Origin: Thermoflexus hugenholtzii JAD2
Lineage (GTDB): Bacteria; Chloroflexota; UBA11872; UBA12225
NCBI GenBank assembly: GCA_945907765.1
Contig: CAMDTO010000001.1
Location: 28,083 to 92,082, forward strand
Direction: 5' to 3'
DNA length: 64,000 nucleotides
Positions 19,109 to 28,402 of the stretch are shown one piece after another; the first letter of the stretch is position 1, and each line of letters begins with the position of its first letter. A model generated the notes under the pieces. That model searched no databases, was not told the origin of the DNA, and saw only the letters and a program-made list of their open reading frames with translations. The position numbers and the translations under genes were made by a program.

Positions 19109-20161
19109 ATGCCATCCCAGTCTGACCGGCGCGATGCCCCGGTATCCATAGATGTCCGCGACCTGTCCAAGCACTATGAGGTCCACCGCAAGTCCCCCGG
19201 GGTCTTGGGGTCGCTTCGAGGTCTTGTTTCAAGGACGAACGACACGGTCCGGGCCGTCGATGGGGTCTCGTTCCAGATTGCCGAGGGAGAGATCGTTGGT
19301 TTCCTAGGCCCGAATGGGGCAGGCAAGACGACGACCCTGAAACTCCTGTCCGGACTCCTCCACCCGACTGCCGGCCAGGCGACTGTGCTTGGCTTTGATC
19401 CTTGGAAACGGGACCACGCATTCCTGCGTCAACTTTCACTGGTCATGGGACAGAAAAACCAGTTGTGGTGGGATATCCCGGCGATGGAGACATTCCTCTT
19501 GAACCGCGAAATCTATGAGATCCCCGAACCGGTCTTTCGGGAAACGTTGACCGAGCTCATCGATCTTCTGGATTTGGGCCGCATCCTTCATGTGCAGGTC
19601 AGGAGGCTTTCGCTTGGCGAGCGCATGAAGTGCGAACTCGCGGCCGCGCTCCTGCACCGCCCTCGTGTCCTCTTCCTAGACGAGCCCACGATCGGTCTGG
19701 ATGTCGTGATGCAGAAGGCCATCCGGCAATTTGTTGACCACTACCGCCGTCGGTTCGGCGCCACGATTGTCCTGACATCGCACTACATGGATGACGTCAA
19801 GGAATTGTGTGAACGGATCATCATCATTGATCGAGGTCGGGTGATCTACGATGGCGCTCTGGCCGAAGTTTCTGCGGTGTATGCCGCCTACCGGGTGATT
19901 ACCGTGCGGTTTGAGCGAGAGGTGGGCAACGCCGACCTTGACGGCTTTGGCACCGTCGCGTCATTCGACGGTTTCACGGCAACCCTGCACATTCCCCGGA
20001 CCGAGGTCTCGACCCAGGCTGCTCGCCTGCTCGCGTCGTTGCCAGTCGCCGATGTCACTATTGAGGAACCGGCAATCGACGATGTCATCAGGCACGTATT
20101 CTCGGCGAGTGAACGCGAGCGCGACGCGAAATCCCGGGAGACCACGCCGGTTGGCTCGTAG
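19109..20161 (+). CDS. ABC transporter ATP-binding protein (ABC-2/DrrA-like)
   Basis: Walker A 'GPNGAGKTT', signature 'LSLGERMKC' and Walker B 'LFLDEPT'. There is no adjacent permease gene. Confidence 0.8.
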   Translation: MPSQSDRRDAPVSIDVRDLSKHYEVHRKSPGVLGSLRGLVSRTNDTVRAVDGVSFQIAEGEIVGFLGPNGAGKTTTLKLLSGLLHPTAGQATVLGFDPWKRDHAFLRQLSLVMGQKNQLWWDIPAMETFLLNREIYEIPEPVFRETLTELIDLLDLGRILHVQVRRLSLGERMKCELAAALLHRPRVLFLDEPTIGLDVVMQKAIRQFVDHYRRRFGATIVLTSHYMDDVKELCERIIIIDRGRVIYDGALAEVSAVYAAYRVITVRFEREVGNADLDGFGTVASFDGFTATLHIPRTEVSTQAARLLASLPVADVTIEEPAIDDVIRHVFSASERERDAKSRETTPVGS

Positions 20162-20218
20162 ACTTTAACGAGAACGTACACCCCGATTGCGAATGCGCGG
20201 GGCCGTTCAACTCGGGGC

Positions 20219-20938
20219 GTGCTGGACGCCATGGAGGTTCAGGCGATGTTTTTTGACCCGATGTACTTCGTTTTCGCGATGCCCGCGTTCCTGTTCGCGA
20301 TGTACGCCCAATGGAAGGTGAATTCCACTTTCCGGAAGTACCAGAACGTCAACAGTTCGGGTGGGTTCACTGGTGAACAGATTGCCCGTCGATTGTTGGA
20401 CGCCGAGGGCCTGTATGGGGTGACCATCGAGGCGACACCGGGGGAACTCACTGACCATTACGACCCGAGTGCCAAGGTCGTGCGCCTGTCCGAGTCAACG
20501 ATGTACCGCACTTCTGTGGCGGCGGTCGGTGTGGTGGCACATGAAGTGGGGCACGCCATTCAGGATGCGACAGGCTATGCGCCGATGCGCCTGAGGACGA
20601 ACCTTGTGCCAGTCGCCGGCCTTGGCAGTTCACTGGGGTACATCCTGTTCTTCGCTGGAATGTTTCTCAATTTCTTCAATTTGTCGCTCATCGGATTGCT
20701 GCTCTTCAGCGGGGCTGCAGTCTTCGCGGCGGTCACGCTGCCGGTCGAGTTCAACGCGAGCAACCGGGCTATGCGCCTTCTGGTTGACAATGGCCTGGTG
20801 ACTTCCCAAGACGCCGACCTTGCACGGAAGGTACTTGACGCCGCCGCGCTCACGTATGTGGCCGGACTGGCACAAGCCCTGTCCCAGGTGCTGTACTACG
20901 CGATGATGCTTTCGGGAATGCGGCGACGCGACGACTGA
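20219..20938 (+). CDS. YugP-family zinc metallopeptidase (membrane)
   Basis: 'HEVGHAIQ' and an N-terminus that aligns to B. subtilis YugP: 'YAQWKV...VTIEATPGELTDHYDP...VVRLSE'. Confidence 0.8.
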   Translation: MLDAMEVQAMFFDPMYFVFAMPAFLFAMYAQWKVNSTFRKYQNVNSSGGFTGEQIARRLLDAEGLYGVTIEATPGELTDHYDPSAKVVRLSESTMYRTSVAAVGVVAHEVGHAIQDATGYAPMRLRTNLVPVAGLGSSLGYILFFAGMFLNFFNLSLIGLLLFSGAAVFAAVTLPVEFNASNRAMRLLVDNGLVTSQDADLARKVLDAAALTYVAGLAQALSQVLYYAMMLSGMRRRDD

Positions 20939-20942
20939 CCTA

Positions 20943-22079
20943 ATGATTGCCCCAACCACTTCGACGCCTACACCGGCGGCCACGCCAGTGGCACTTGCCC
21001 CAATCACTGACCTCACGTTGACCTCCCTGCGGCAGGTTGTGACTGAGCTGGGCTACCCTGAATATCGTGGCGACCAGATTGCGGCTTGGGTCTATCGGTC
21101 CCAGATTGGTTCATTCGGCGAGATGTCGAACTTGCCGAAGTCCCTCAGGCAGGCGCTGGCTGATCGGTTCAGGTTCGGAGCGCTTGCTCTTGAGGCCGAA
21201 TTCGTCTCCTCCGATGGGGAGACGAGAAAAGCCGCCTTGAGGCTTGTCGATGGCGACCTGATCGAAAGCGTTCTCATGCGCTACCCGACCCGGGATGACG
21301 GAACCGGTGCCGAGAGGTCGACCGTCTGCGTGAGTACGCAGGTTGGATGCCCGGTCAAGTGCGCCTTCTGTGCGACCGGCCTGATGGGTTTCACGCGGAA
21401 CCTAGGCACTGGCGAGATCATGGATCAGGCACTGCACTTTCTCCGCTGGAGCCGCGCCGTGCCCCCGACCGTCCGCAATGTGGTGTTCATGGGAATGGGC
21501 GAACCATTGATCAACTACGACGCAACGATGGGCGCCGTGGCATTACTCGTGGATGCGGTGGGCCTCGGAGTGCACCGCCTTACGGTTTCGACGGCTGGTT
21601 GGCTGCCCGGCATGTCCCGTCTCATCGAGGACAAGTACGCGGTTCGATTGGCCGTCTCACTGCATTCGCCCGATGATGCGTTGCGCACGACCTTGGTGCC
21701 GCTGAACAAGCGGTTTCCCTTGGCAACGCTGCTTGAAGCGTGCTGGGAGTACCAGGCACGGACGGGACGCCGGGTGACGTTCGAGTACACGCTCCTCGAT
21801 GGCGTAAATGACACGCCTGCCCTTGCGCGCGACCTTGTTGCACTCGTGCGCCGTCATGACGTTCACATCAATCTCATCCCGATGAACCCGGTTGCGTACC
21901 TGCCTTTTGGAGCGTCGAGGCCGGAAGCGGTCGAGGAGTTCCACCGCATCGTTCGTGAATCGGGTGTCATTTGCACCGTCCGGCGTGAGATGGGGCGTGA
22001 CATCCGGGCGGCGTGCGGACAATTGCGAACCGAACTGCAGGGACGCGAACCGGTGCGTGCCAGTACCGTGACCGCCTGA
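20943..22079 (+). CDS. rlmN: 23S rRNA m2A2503 methyltransferase, radical SAM
   Basis: 'STQVGCPVKCAFCATG' is a CxxxCxxC radical SAM motif. The RlmN length and C-terminus fit. Confidence 0.85.
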   Translation: MIAPTTSTPTPAATPVALAPITDLTLTSLRQVVTELGYPEYRGDQIAAWVYRSQIGSFGEMSNLPKSLRQALADRFRFGALALEAEFVSSDGETRKAALRLVDGDLIESVLMRYPTRDDGTGAERSTVCVSTQVGCPVKCAFCATGLMGFTRNLGTGEIMDQALHFLRWSRAVPPTVRNVVFMGMGEPLINYDATMGAVALLVDAVGLGVHRLTVSTAGWLPGMSRLIEDKYAVRLAVSLHSPDDALRTTLVPLNKRFPLATLLEACWEYQARTGRRVTFEYTLLDGVNDTPALARDLVALVRRHDVHINLIPMNPVAYLPFGASRPEAVEEFHRIVRESGVICTVRREMGRDIRAACGQLRTELQGREPVRASTVTA

Positions 22080-22085
22080 CAAGCC

Positions 22086-22766
22086 GTGCGTGTCCAGATA
22101 GCGCCATCGGTCTACGCTTCACCGCTTCTGCGTGTTGGCGAGGCGCTCGATGCGGTTGAGGCGGCCGGTGTGGACGCATTGCATCTGGACGTGATGGACG
22201 GGCACTTCGTGCCGGCAATATCGTTCGGGGTGCTGTTTGTGCGGGAAATCAGGGCGCGAACATCCCTACCGCTCGACGTGCACCTGATGGTGGCGCAACC
22301 CGAGAACCTTCTGGATGAACTGGCTGCCATCGGTGTCCGTGGTGTGACAGTTCACGCCGAGGCCTTTGCTGCGCGCCCGGATGGGTCCCGGGAACTCGGG
22401 GAGGTCTTGCGAACAATCCGTGGCGCCGGGATGCGTGCCGGTATCGCGCTACAGCCAGGCACATCGGACACGGTATTCGATGTGTTCGAGGCCGACATCG
22501 ACGATTTGCTGGTCATGACTGTCGAACCGGGCGCGTCGGGCCAGTCGTTCCGTTTGGATCAGATAGAAAAGATTCGGCGGGTCAGCGCGCGGGCAAGGAT
22601 ATCCGGGATCCAAGTGGCAGTTGACGGTGGGATAAATCCCGAAACTGGTGCGGCCTGCGTCGCTGCCGGTGCAAGGTACCTCGTGGTCGGCAGCGCGCTG
22701 TTCTCCGGTGGGCTCGACGGTATCGCGTCAGCCGTGTCGCGAATGCGGGGAGCGGTTCAAACCTGA
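22086..22766 (+). CDS. rpe: ribulose-phosphate 3-epimerase
   Basis: 'LHLDVMDGHFVP' and 'VDGGI' motifs. GTG start. Confidence 0.85.
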   Translation: MRVQIAPSVYASPLLRVGEALDAVEAAGVDALHLDVMDGHFVPAISFGVLFVREIRARTSLPLDVHLMVAQPENLLDELAAIGVRGVTVHAEAFAARPDGSRELGEVLRTIRGAGMRAGIALQPGTSDTVFDVFEADIDDLLVMTVEPGASGQSFRLDQIEKIRRVSARARISGIQVAVDGGINPETGAACVAAGARYLVVGSALFSGGLDGIASAVSRMRGAVQT

Positions 22767-22799
22767 GTAAGGCCCGCTCAGGGTGTGGCAACACAGTTC

Positions 22800-22855
22800 C
22801 AAAAGAGAAACCCCGCTGACGCTCCACGCTCAGAGCCCAAGTTGCCGGCGGGGCC
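22800..22855 (-). terminator. putative rho-independent terminator of rpmB
   Basis: The minus RNA reads GGCCCCGC...GCGGGGUUUCUCUUUU: an 8 bp stem including 2 GU pairs, a ~31 nt loop and a U-rich tail. Confidence 0.3.
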
Positions 22856-22886
22856 TCGTTTCTGGCGAGAAACGGCGCAATTCAGG

Positions 22887-23096
22887 TCAGGACGTCTTGG
22901 CGAGGGTCCGCAGGCAACGCGTGCAGATATCCAGGCGGATGGCATGCCCGGCGAGTGTGATCGTGGCGCGTCGCACATTTGCCTTGAAGGTGCGGTTCTT
23001 CTTTGGGGCGCGCTTGGCCCACGCGGCGGAAACGTTGCTCGAGATGGTGCGTCCGTGGGAAGTACCCTTGTTGCACACGTCACATGTAGTAGCCAC
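22887..23096 (-). CDS. rpmB: 50S ribosomal protein L28 (zinc-ribbon C+ form)
   Basis: A 69 aa protein 'CDVCNKGTSHGRTISS...KKNRTFKANV...ICTRCLRT' with four Cys. Confidence 0.7.
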   Translation of the reverse strand: MATTCDVCNKGTSHGRTISSNVSAAWAKRAPKKNRTFKANVRRATITLAGHAIRLDICTRCLRTLAKTS

Positions 23097-23349
23097 TGCT
23101 TGACCTCAATCCTGCGAGTTCTGTCAGCACTTCGCCGTGGGACGACCGGGTCAATCCGCTGACTGTGCTATCCTGACCGCCCGTCGTCCTAGGCCATTTG
23201 AGGCGCAGGTTTACTGATCGGGAAGGGCATCCGGCACGAAATCAGCGGACGCCGGCAATCCGGGGTGCCTGATCTATTTCCTTGAACTGTAGCATTCCAA
23301 TGGGGTCCGGCACGTCGGACACACGCCGGAAGATCCAGGGGTCACCACA

Positions 23350-25122
23350 ATGGCCGATTCCACACAACAGCCTGTGCCGTCGGTCGATGGCCACGATGGT
23401 GAGAATGATGGCGAGCGCTCACGGATTGACGGGGCGACTGTGCGTCACATGCTCGAGTTGGCTACCACGTGGCTTGAGCGGCACGTAAGCGTCGTAAACG
23501 CCCTGAATGTGTTCCCGGTTCCCGATGGGGATACCGGAACGAACATGCACCTGACGATGCGGGCGGCCGTCGAGGCGGTTCGCCGGGTCGCGGATGAGGG
23601 CGCAGGTGCGGTAGTCCGGGCGGCGGCCCAAGGGGCAGTGTTTGGCGCCCGTGGTAATTCCGGGGTGATCCTTTCGCAAATCGTGGCCGGGCTCTCACGC
23701 GGCGTAGGGGACACCCGGTCGATTTCAAGTGCCGAGCTTGCCCGGGCACTAGCCGAGGGTGCGTCGAACGCCTACCGGGCAGTGACCCGACCGGTCGAAG
23801 GCACAATCCTGACGGTCGCGCGGGCTGCGGGCGATGCTGCGATCGAGTGCGTGACCCAGGCGAGAGAGAACGTATCGACCGTGTTGGGCGCAGCGATGGC
23901 GGGAGCACACCGCGCCGTGCAGGCAACCCCACTCCAGTTACCGATATTGAAGCAGGCTGGGGTGGTGGATGCCGGAGGGGAGGGATACCGCCTGATCCTT
24001 GAGGGGATGGGGTTTGCCCTGCGCGGTGAGGCCTTGCCTGCGGCAGGTGAAATGCCCCTGCCCCTACATGCGGTCCAGATGGAGGCGGATGACGGGACGA
24101 TTTCGCCCGAGGATGATCCGCTTGCGGGCGAGTGGGGGTATTGCACGCAATTCGTGATCGTGGCCAACGATGGTGAGGACCTCTCAGTCCAGACGGTGCG
24201 TGACGACTTGCAAGTCCTTGCCGTGTCGACGATGGTGGTGGGCGGTGACGGGTTCGTCAGAATTCACGGTCACACCGAGGATCCAGGTTCACTTCTCACG
24301 CGAGCGGTTCAGTACGGGCGCGTTCAGCGGATCTCGATCGAGGACATGGATGCTCAAGCCGAACGGTGGCGCATGGCTGCCGGTAGGGTGGGCGATCGAT
24401 CCAAGGGGGAGATGTCCGGGGAAACGGCTGATTTGGACGCACCGCTGGCAGATGTGGCAATCATCGCGATTGCGCCCGGGGAAGGGTTCGCGTCGGTATT
24501 CCGTAGTCTCGGGGCATCCGAGGTCGTTCTGGGTGGCCAGACGATGAACCCCAGCGCGCAGGAAATCCTTGACGCCGCACGCCGCGCACACGCCCGCACC
24601 GTCATTGTGCTTCCGAACAACGGGAACGTCGTCTTGACGGCGAAGCAAGCTTCGTCGGTGGCGGCGGGATCCCTCGGGGCCGACCGAAGCATCTTGGTTG
24701 TCGGGTCACGGACGGTCCCCCAAGGCATCGGGGCGATGATGGCGATGACCTTCGGCGCTGACCCTGAGGCGATAGTCTCTGCGATGACCGGTGCGCTGAC
24801 ATCCGTAAGGACCGTTGAGGTCACCCGCGCCACTCGGGATGTCTTGCTCAATGGAGTGGATGTCCGGGTTGGTGACGTGCTTGGCCTTGTTGATGATGAC
24901 GTCGTGGCTGCCGGCACCGACATTGACGATGTGGCAACCCGTTCCCTTGAACAGGCCGGGGCGCAGACCGCGGAACTGCTGACCATATACCGGGGTGCAG
25001 AGGTCAGTGACACCGATGCGTCGCGCTTCGCGGCTGCGGTGCAGTCGCGTTTCCCAGGGTTGGCTGTTGAATCGATGATGGGGGGGCAACCCCACTACGA
25101 CTTCATCATTTCGGTGGAGTGA
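23350..25122 (+). CDS. yloV: DAK2 domain fusion protein YloV
   Basis: 'FPVPDGDTGTNMHLTM' is the Dak2 motif. Its length (~590 aa) and its position divergent from rpmB and upstream of recG are as in Firmicutes. Confidence 0.8.
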   Translation: MADSTQQPVPSVDGHDGENDGERSRIDGATVRHMLELATTWLERHVSVVNALNVFPVPDGDTGTNMHLTMRAAVEAVRRVADEGAGAVVRAAAQGAVFGARGNSGVILSQIVAGLSRGVGDTRSISSAELARALAEGASNAYRAVTRPVEGTILTVARAAGDAAIECVTQARENVSTVLGAAMAGAHRAVQATPLQLPILKQAGVVDAGGEGYRLILEGMGFALRGEALPAAGEMPLPLHAVQMEADDGTISPEDDPLAGEWGYCTQFVIVANDGEDLSVQTVRDDLQVLAVSTMVVGGDGFVRIHGHTEDPGSLLTRAVQYGRVQRISIEDMDAQAERWRMAAGRVGDRSKGEMSGETADLDAPLADVAIIAIAPGEGFASVFRSLGASEVVLGGQTMNPSAQEILDAARRAHARTVIVLPNNGNVVLTAKQASSVAAGSLGADRSILVVGSRTVPQGIGAMMAMTFGADPEAIVSAMTGALTSVRTVEVTRATRDVLLNGVDVRVGDVLGLVDDDVVAAGTDIDDVATRSLEQAGAQTAELLTIYRGAEVSDTDASRFAAAVQSRFPGLAVESMMGGQPHYDFIISVE

Positions 25123-25123
25123 C

Positions 25124-27583
25124 GTGGTCCGGGCTACGGCCGGTGCGACTCGGGCGCAACGTATTTTCATGTACGAGCGGGAACTTGGGTTCACCAATCG
25201 GGCGGTAGTCGGTGGTCTCGAGGTATTCACTTCACGAGTTGAGCCGGGGGTTGCCTGGGCGGACGAGGTGCGCCGGATCCTGTCCGGGTACGCGCGCGGT
25301 GATGTCCGGGCGCGTCAAGCGATGATCGAACAGGCCTTGGCCGTGGTTTCCGGGGCGTCAAGTGAGACCGTGCCGGTGTGGGTGCCGTCGCTCCCCGGGC
25401 GACTGGCCCCGTCTCCAAGAGGGGGCAGGGATGCCCGCGGACCAGCCAACGCCGTGCCGGAGAGGGCGCCGGCGCTTCCGGGACCACGCAACCGTCCGGT
25501 CGTGACCGAAGGGTCGGGTGCCGGAACACCACTTTTGCCGCTTTCGCCGGTTTCGGCCTTGCCCGGAGTTGGAGCGAAAACCGTGGAGGGGTTTGCCCGC
25601 CTCGGCATCAATTCGGTTCTGGACCTTCTCTATCACCTGCCCCGCCGCCATCTTGACCGACGCAGTCTGACGCCGTTGGCAAATCTCCAGTCGGGCCAGA
25701 TCGCAACCGCGATGGTGACGGTCGTGTCGGTGAATGTCAAGAACCCCGCACGGCGTGGCCTTACGATCACCGAGGCGCTGGTGAGGGACGAGACCGGGTA
25801 CGCGCATGCGGTCTGGTTCAACCAGCAGTACATGTTGCGGCGGTTGGGAAACCCTGGTCAGTTCTTGCTGAGCGGCCGGGTCGAGCAACAGGCGGGCGGC
25901 GCGATGCAGTTCACGTCCCCGGAATTGGAGACCGATCTCGAGGACTCGTTGCACGCGGGTCGCCTCGTTCCGTTCTACGCGAAGACCGAGGGGATCACCG
26001 ACAAGCAGCTACGTACGGTAGTCCGCAAGGCCCTTGACCTCACCGGTCCGGCGTTGCGCGATGCCTTGCCCGTGCAAGTCCGAACGCAGGAGAACCTGCT
26101 GCCGTTCGTGACTGCGCTTGAGAGTGCGCACTTTCCCGACAGTTGGGAGCGCCACGCCGAGGCGGTCCGGCGCCTTGCGTTCGATGAGTTCCTCATCATC
26201 CAGTTGGGAGTTCTGCGCCGGAAGCACGATTGGCAGACTTCGAACCCGGGCCTGGCGTTCGTCATTCCTGAAGCGACGATTGATGAGTTCGCAAGCGGGC
26301 TGCCCTACACGTTGACTGGCGCGCAGTCGCGCGTCACTGCAGAAATATACGGTGACCTGGTGCGTCCGGTCGCGATGAGCCGGTTGTTGCAGGGTGAGGT
26401 CGGGTCGGGGAAGACCGCGGTGGCGGCCGCCGCGTGCCTGGCGGCGGTGCGGGCGGGCTACCAGGTTGCGTTCATGGCACCCACCGACATCCTGGCTCAT
26501 CAGCATGAGCGAAGCGTGGCCGCGACACTTGGTCCGCTAGGTGTCCGGGTGGCGAGGATGACCGGCAGCCAGAAGCGCAAGGAGAAGCGGGAGATCTGGA
26601 CGGCGTGCGCGTCTGGCGAGATTGACGTGTTGATCGGCACCCATGCGCTTCTGGACGAGGACGAAGGGTTCCACCGTCTTGGCTTGGCAATTGTCGATGA
26701 ACAGCACCGCTTCGGGGTGCGTCAGCGGAGTGCATTGTTGGCGAAGGGCGCAAATCCACACCTTCTGGTGATGACTGCAACGCCGATTCCGAGGACTCTT
26801 GCGCTGTCTGTGTACGGAGACCTGGATCTTTCAATCATCAATGAGTTGCCTCCCGGACGCCAACCGATCAAGACCGCGATGATCCCGCCGGAGAAGCGGA
26901 TGGAGGCCTACACCTTCCTGCGCAAGCAGGTAAGGCAAGGTCGCCAGGGGTTCATCATCTTCCCGCTGGTCGAGGAGTCGGAGCGGATTGAGGCACGTGC
27001 CGCAACGGCAGAACATGAGCGCTTGCAACGCCAGTTCCCCGACTTGCGCTTGGCATTGGTGCATGGTCGCCTGTCCCCGCGCGAGAAGGATGACGTGATG
27101 TCGCGGTTCCGTGACGGGCACGCTGATGTGCTCGTCGCGACGGCCGTCGTCGAAGTGGGCATTGACGTGCCGAACGCTTCGACGATCCTGATCGAAGGTG
27201 CTGACCGGTTCGGACTAGCGCAATTGCACCAATTCCGTGGGCGGGTCGGCCGCGGTCCCCACGCGAGTTTCTGTCTTCTCCTCACGGAAACAGCCGCAGA
27301 ACCGACACTGGCGCGCCTGCGGGCGCTCGAGCGGACAAGTGACGGGTTCGTCCTCGCCGAGGAGGACCTGAAAATGCGTGGCCCCGGGGAGTTTTTCGGC
27401 ACCAGGCAAAGCGGGGTGCCCGACCTCAAGGTGGCGCGGTTGTCGGACGTGCATGTTCTTGAGGCGGCGCGCAGGCAGGCGGGATTGATACTTGGGCGCG
27501 ACCAGACGCTCTCGTTGCCCGAACACGCCCGCTTGCGAGGCCAGGTTGAGGCCTATTGGAACCGGTCCGTCGCTGCCGGATAG
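25124..27583 (+). CDS. recG: ATP-dependent DNA helicase RecG
   Basis: A wedge domain and helicase motifs 'GEVGSGKTAVAA', 'IVDEQHRFG' and 'TATPIPRT'. Confidence 0.85.
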   Translation: MVRATAGATRAQRIFMYERELGFTNRAVVGGLEVFTSRVEPGVAWADEVRRILSGYARGDVRARQAMIEQALAVVSGASSETVPVWVPSLPGRLAPSPRGGRDARGPANAVPERAPALPGPRNRPVVTEGSGAGTPLLPLSPVSALPGVGAKTVEGFARLGINSVLDLLYHLPRRHLDRRSLTPLANLQSGQIATAMVTVVSVNVKNPARRGLTITEALVRDETGYAHAVWFNQQYMLRRLGNPGQFLLSGRVEQQAGGAMQFTSPELETDLEDSLHAGRLVPFYAKTEGITDKQLRTVVRKALDLTGPALRDALPVQVRTQENLLPFVTALESAHFPDSWERHAEAVRRLAFDEFLIIQLGVLRRKHDWQTSNPGLAFVIPEATIDEFASGLPYTLTGAQSRVTAEIYGDLVRPVAMSRLLQGEVGSGKTAVAAAACLAAVRAGYQVAFMAPTDILAHQHERSVAATLGPLGVRVARMTGSQKRKEKREIWTACASGEIDVLIGTHALLDEDEGFHRLGLAIVDEQHRFGVRQRSALLAKGANPHLLVMTATPIPRTLALSVYGDLDLSIINELPPGRQPIKTAMIPPEKRMEAYTFLRKQVRQGRQGFIIFPLVEESERIEARAATAEHERLQRQFPDLRLALVHGRLSPREKDDVMSRFRDGHADVLVATAVVEVGIDVPNASTILIEGADRFGLAQLHQFRGRVGRGPHASFCLLLTETAAEPTLARLRALERTSDGFVLAEEDLKMRGPGEFFGTRQSGVPDLKVARLSDVHVLEAARRQAGLILGRDQTLSLPEHARLRGQVEAYWNRSVAAG

Positions 27584-27634
27584 GTTTTCCCGAACGGAGA
27601 TGCGGGCAGGGATTCCCGCAGACCAGGAGCGGCG

Positions 27635-28204
27635 ATGCGGGTGATTGCGGGTGAATGTGGTGGCCTTGCGTTGGTTGCCCCCCGGAGTTCGCAGACACGT
27701 CCCACCACTGACAAGGTGAAAGGGGCGATTTTCGGGATGCTTGGCGACCGGGGTGCGTTCGGTCGCGTCCTCGATATATTTGCTGGTTGCGGTGGCCTCG
27801 GGATTGAGGCGCTCAGCCGTGGTGCCGACTGGTGCGACTTTGTTGACCGCGCGCCAGATGCGGTGGAGGCAATTTTGAAGAACCTTGCCCACACAAGGCT
27901 GGCTTCCCAGGCACGCGTCCACCGTTCAGAGGTCGCCCGATTTCTTTCGTTGGTGCGCGAGCCTTTCGACCTGATCCTCTGTGACCCACCCTATGGGCTG
28001 GAAGAGTTACCCGGCATTTTGGCGCGCGTCGCGCATCCGGCCATCACCCGCGATGGGGCGACCGTTGTTGTTGAATATGGCCGACGGGACGAGGTCCCCG
28101 TGGTCATCGGACGATTGCGTCGCGACCGGGTTCGCGTCCATGGTGATACGGCGGTAGCAATCTACGACGTGGTTGATGGGCCACTGCCGGACCGAGCGGA
28201 GTAG
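27635..28204 (+). CDS. rsmD: 16S rRNA m2G966 methyltransferase
   Basis: 'VLDIFAGCGGLGIEALSRGA' and 'LILCDPPY' motifs. Confidence 0.85.
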   Translation: MRVIAGECGGLALVAPRSSQTRPTTDKVKGAIFGMLGDRGAFGRVLDIFAGCGGLGIEALSRGADWCDFVDRAPDAVEAILKNLAHTRLASQARVHRSEVARFLSLVREPFDLILCDPPYGLEELPGILARVAHPAITRDGATVVVEYGRRDEVPVVIGRLRRDRVRVHGDTAVAIYDVVDGPLPDRAE

Positions 28205-28402
28205 GTCGGGGCGGTTTCCACGGCAGTGTGGAGGATATTGCGAAGTCTCACGAAATGCACCAACGATCCGTTCCACCCTCCATCATGGCGGGCTGGCCAA
28301 GCCAGTCGTGCAACGTCGCCATCCCATTTGCGTTCGGTTATTGGGTGACCATAAAGCGGCCGCGCCTTTTCCGGGCATTTTCGTCCGGTTGGAGGAGTGT
28401 GG

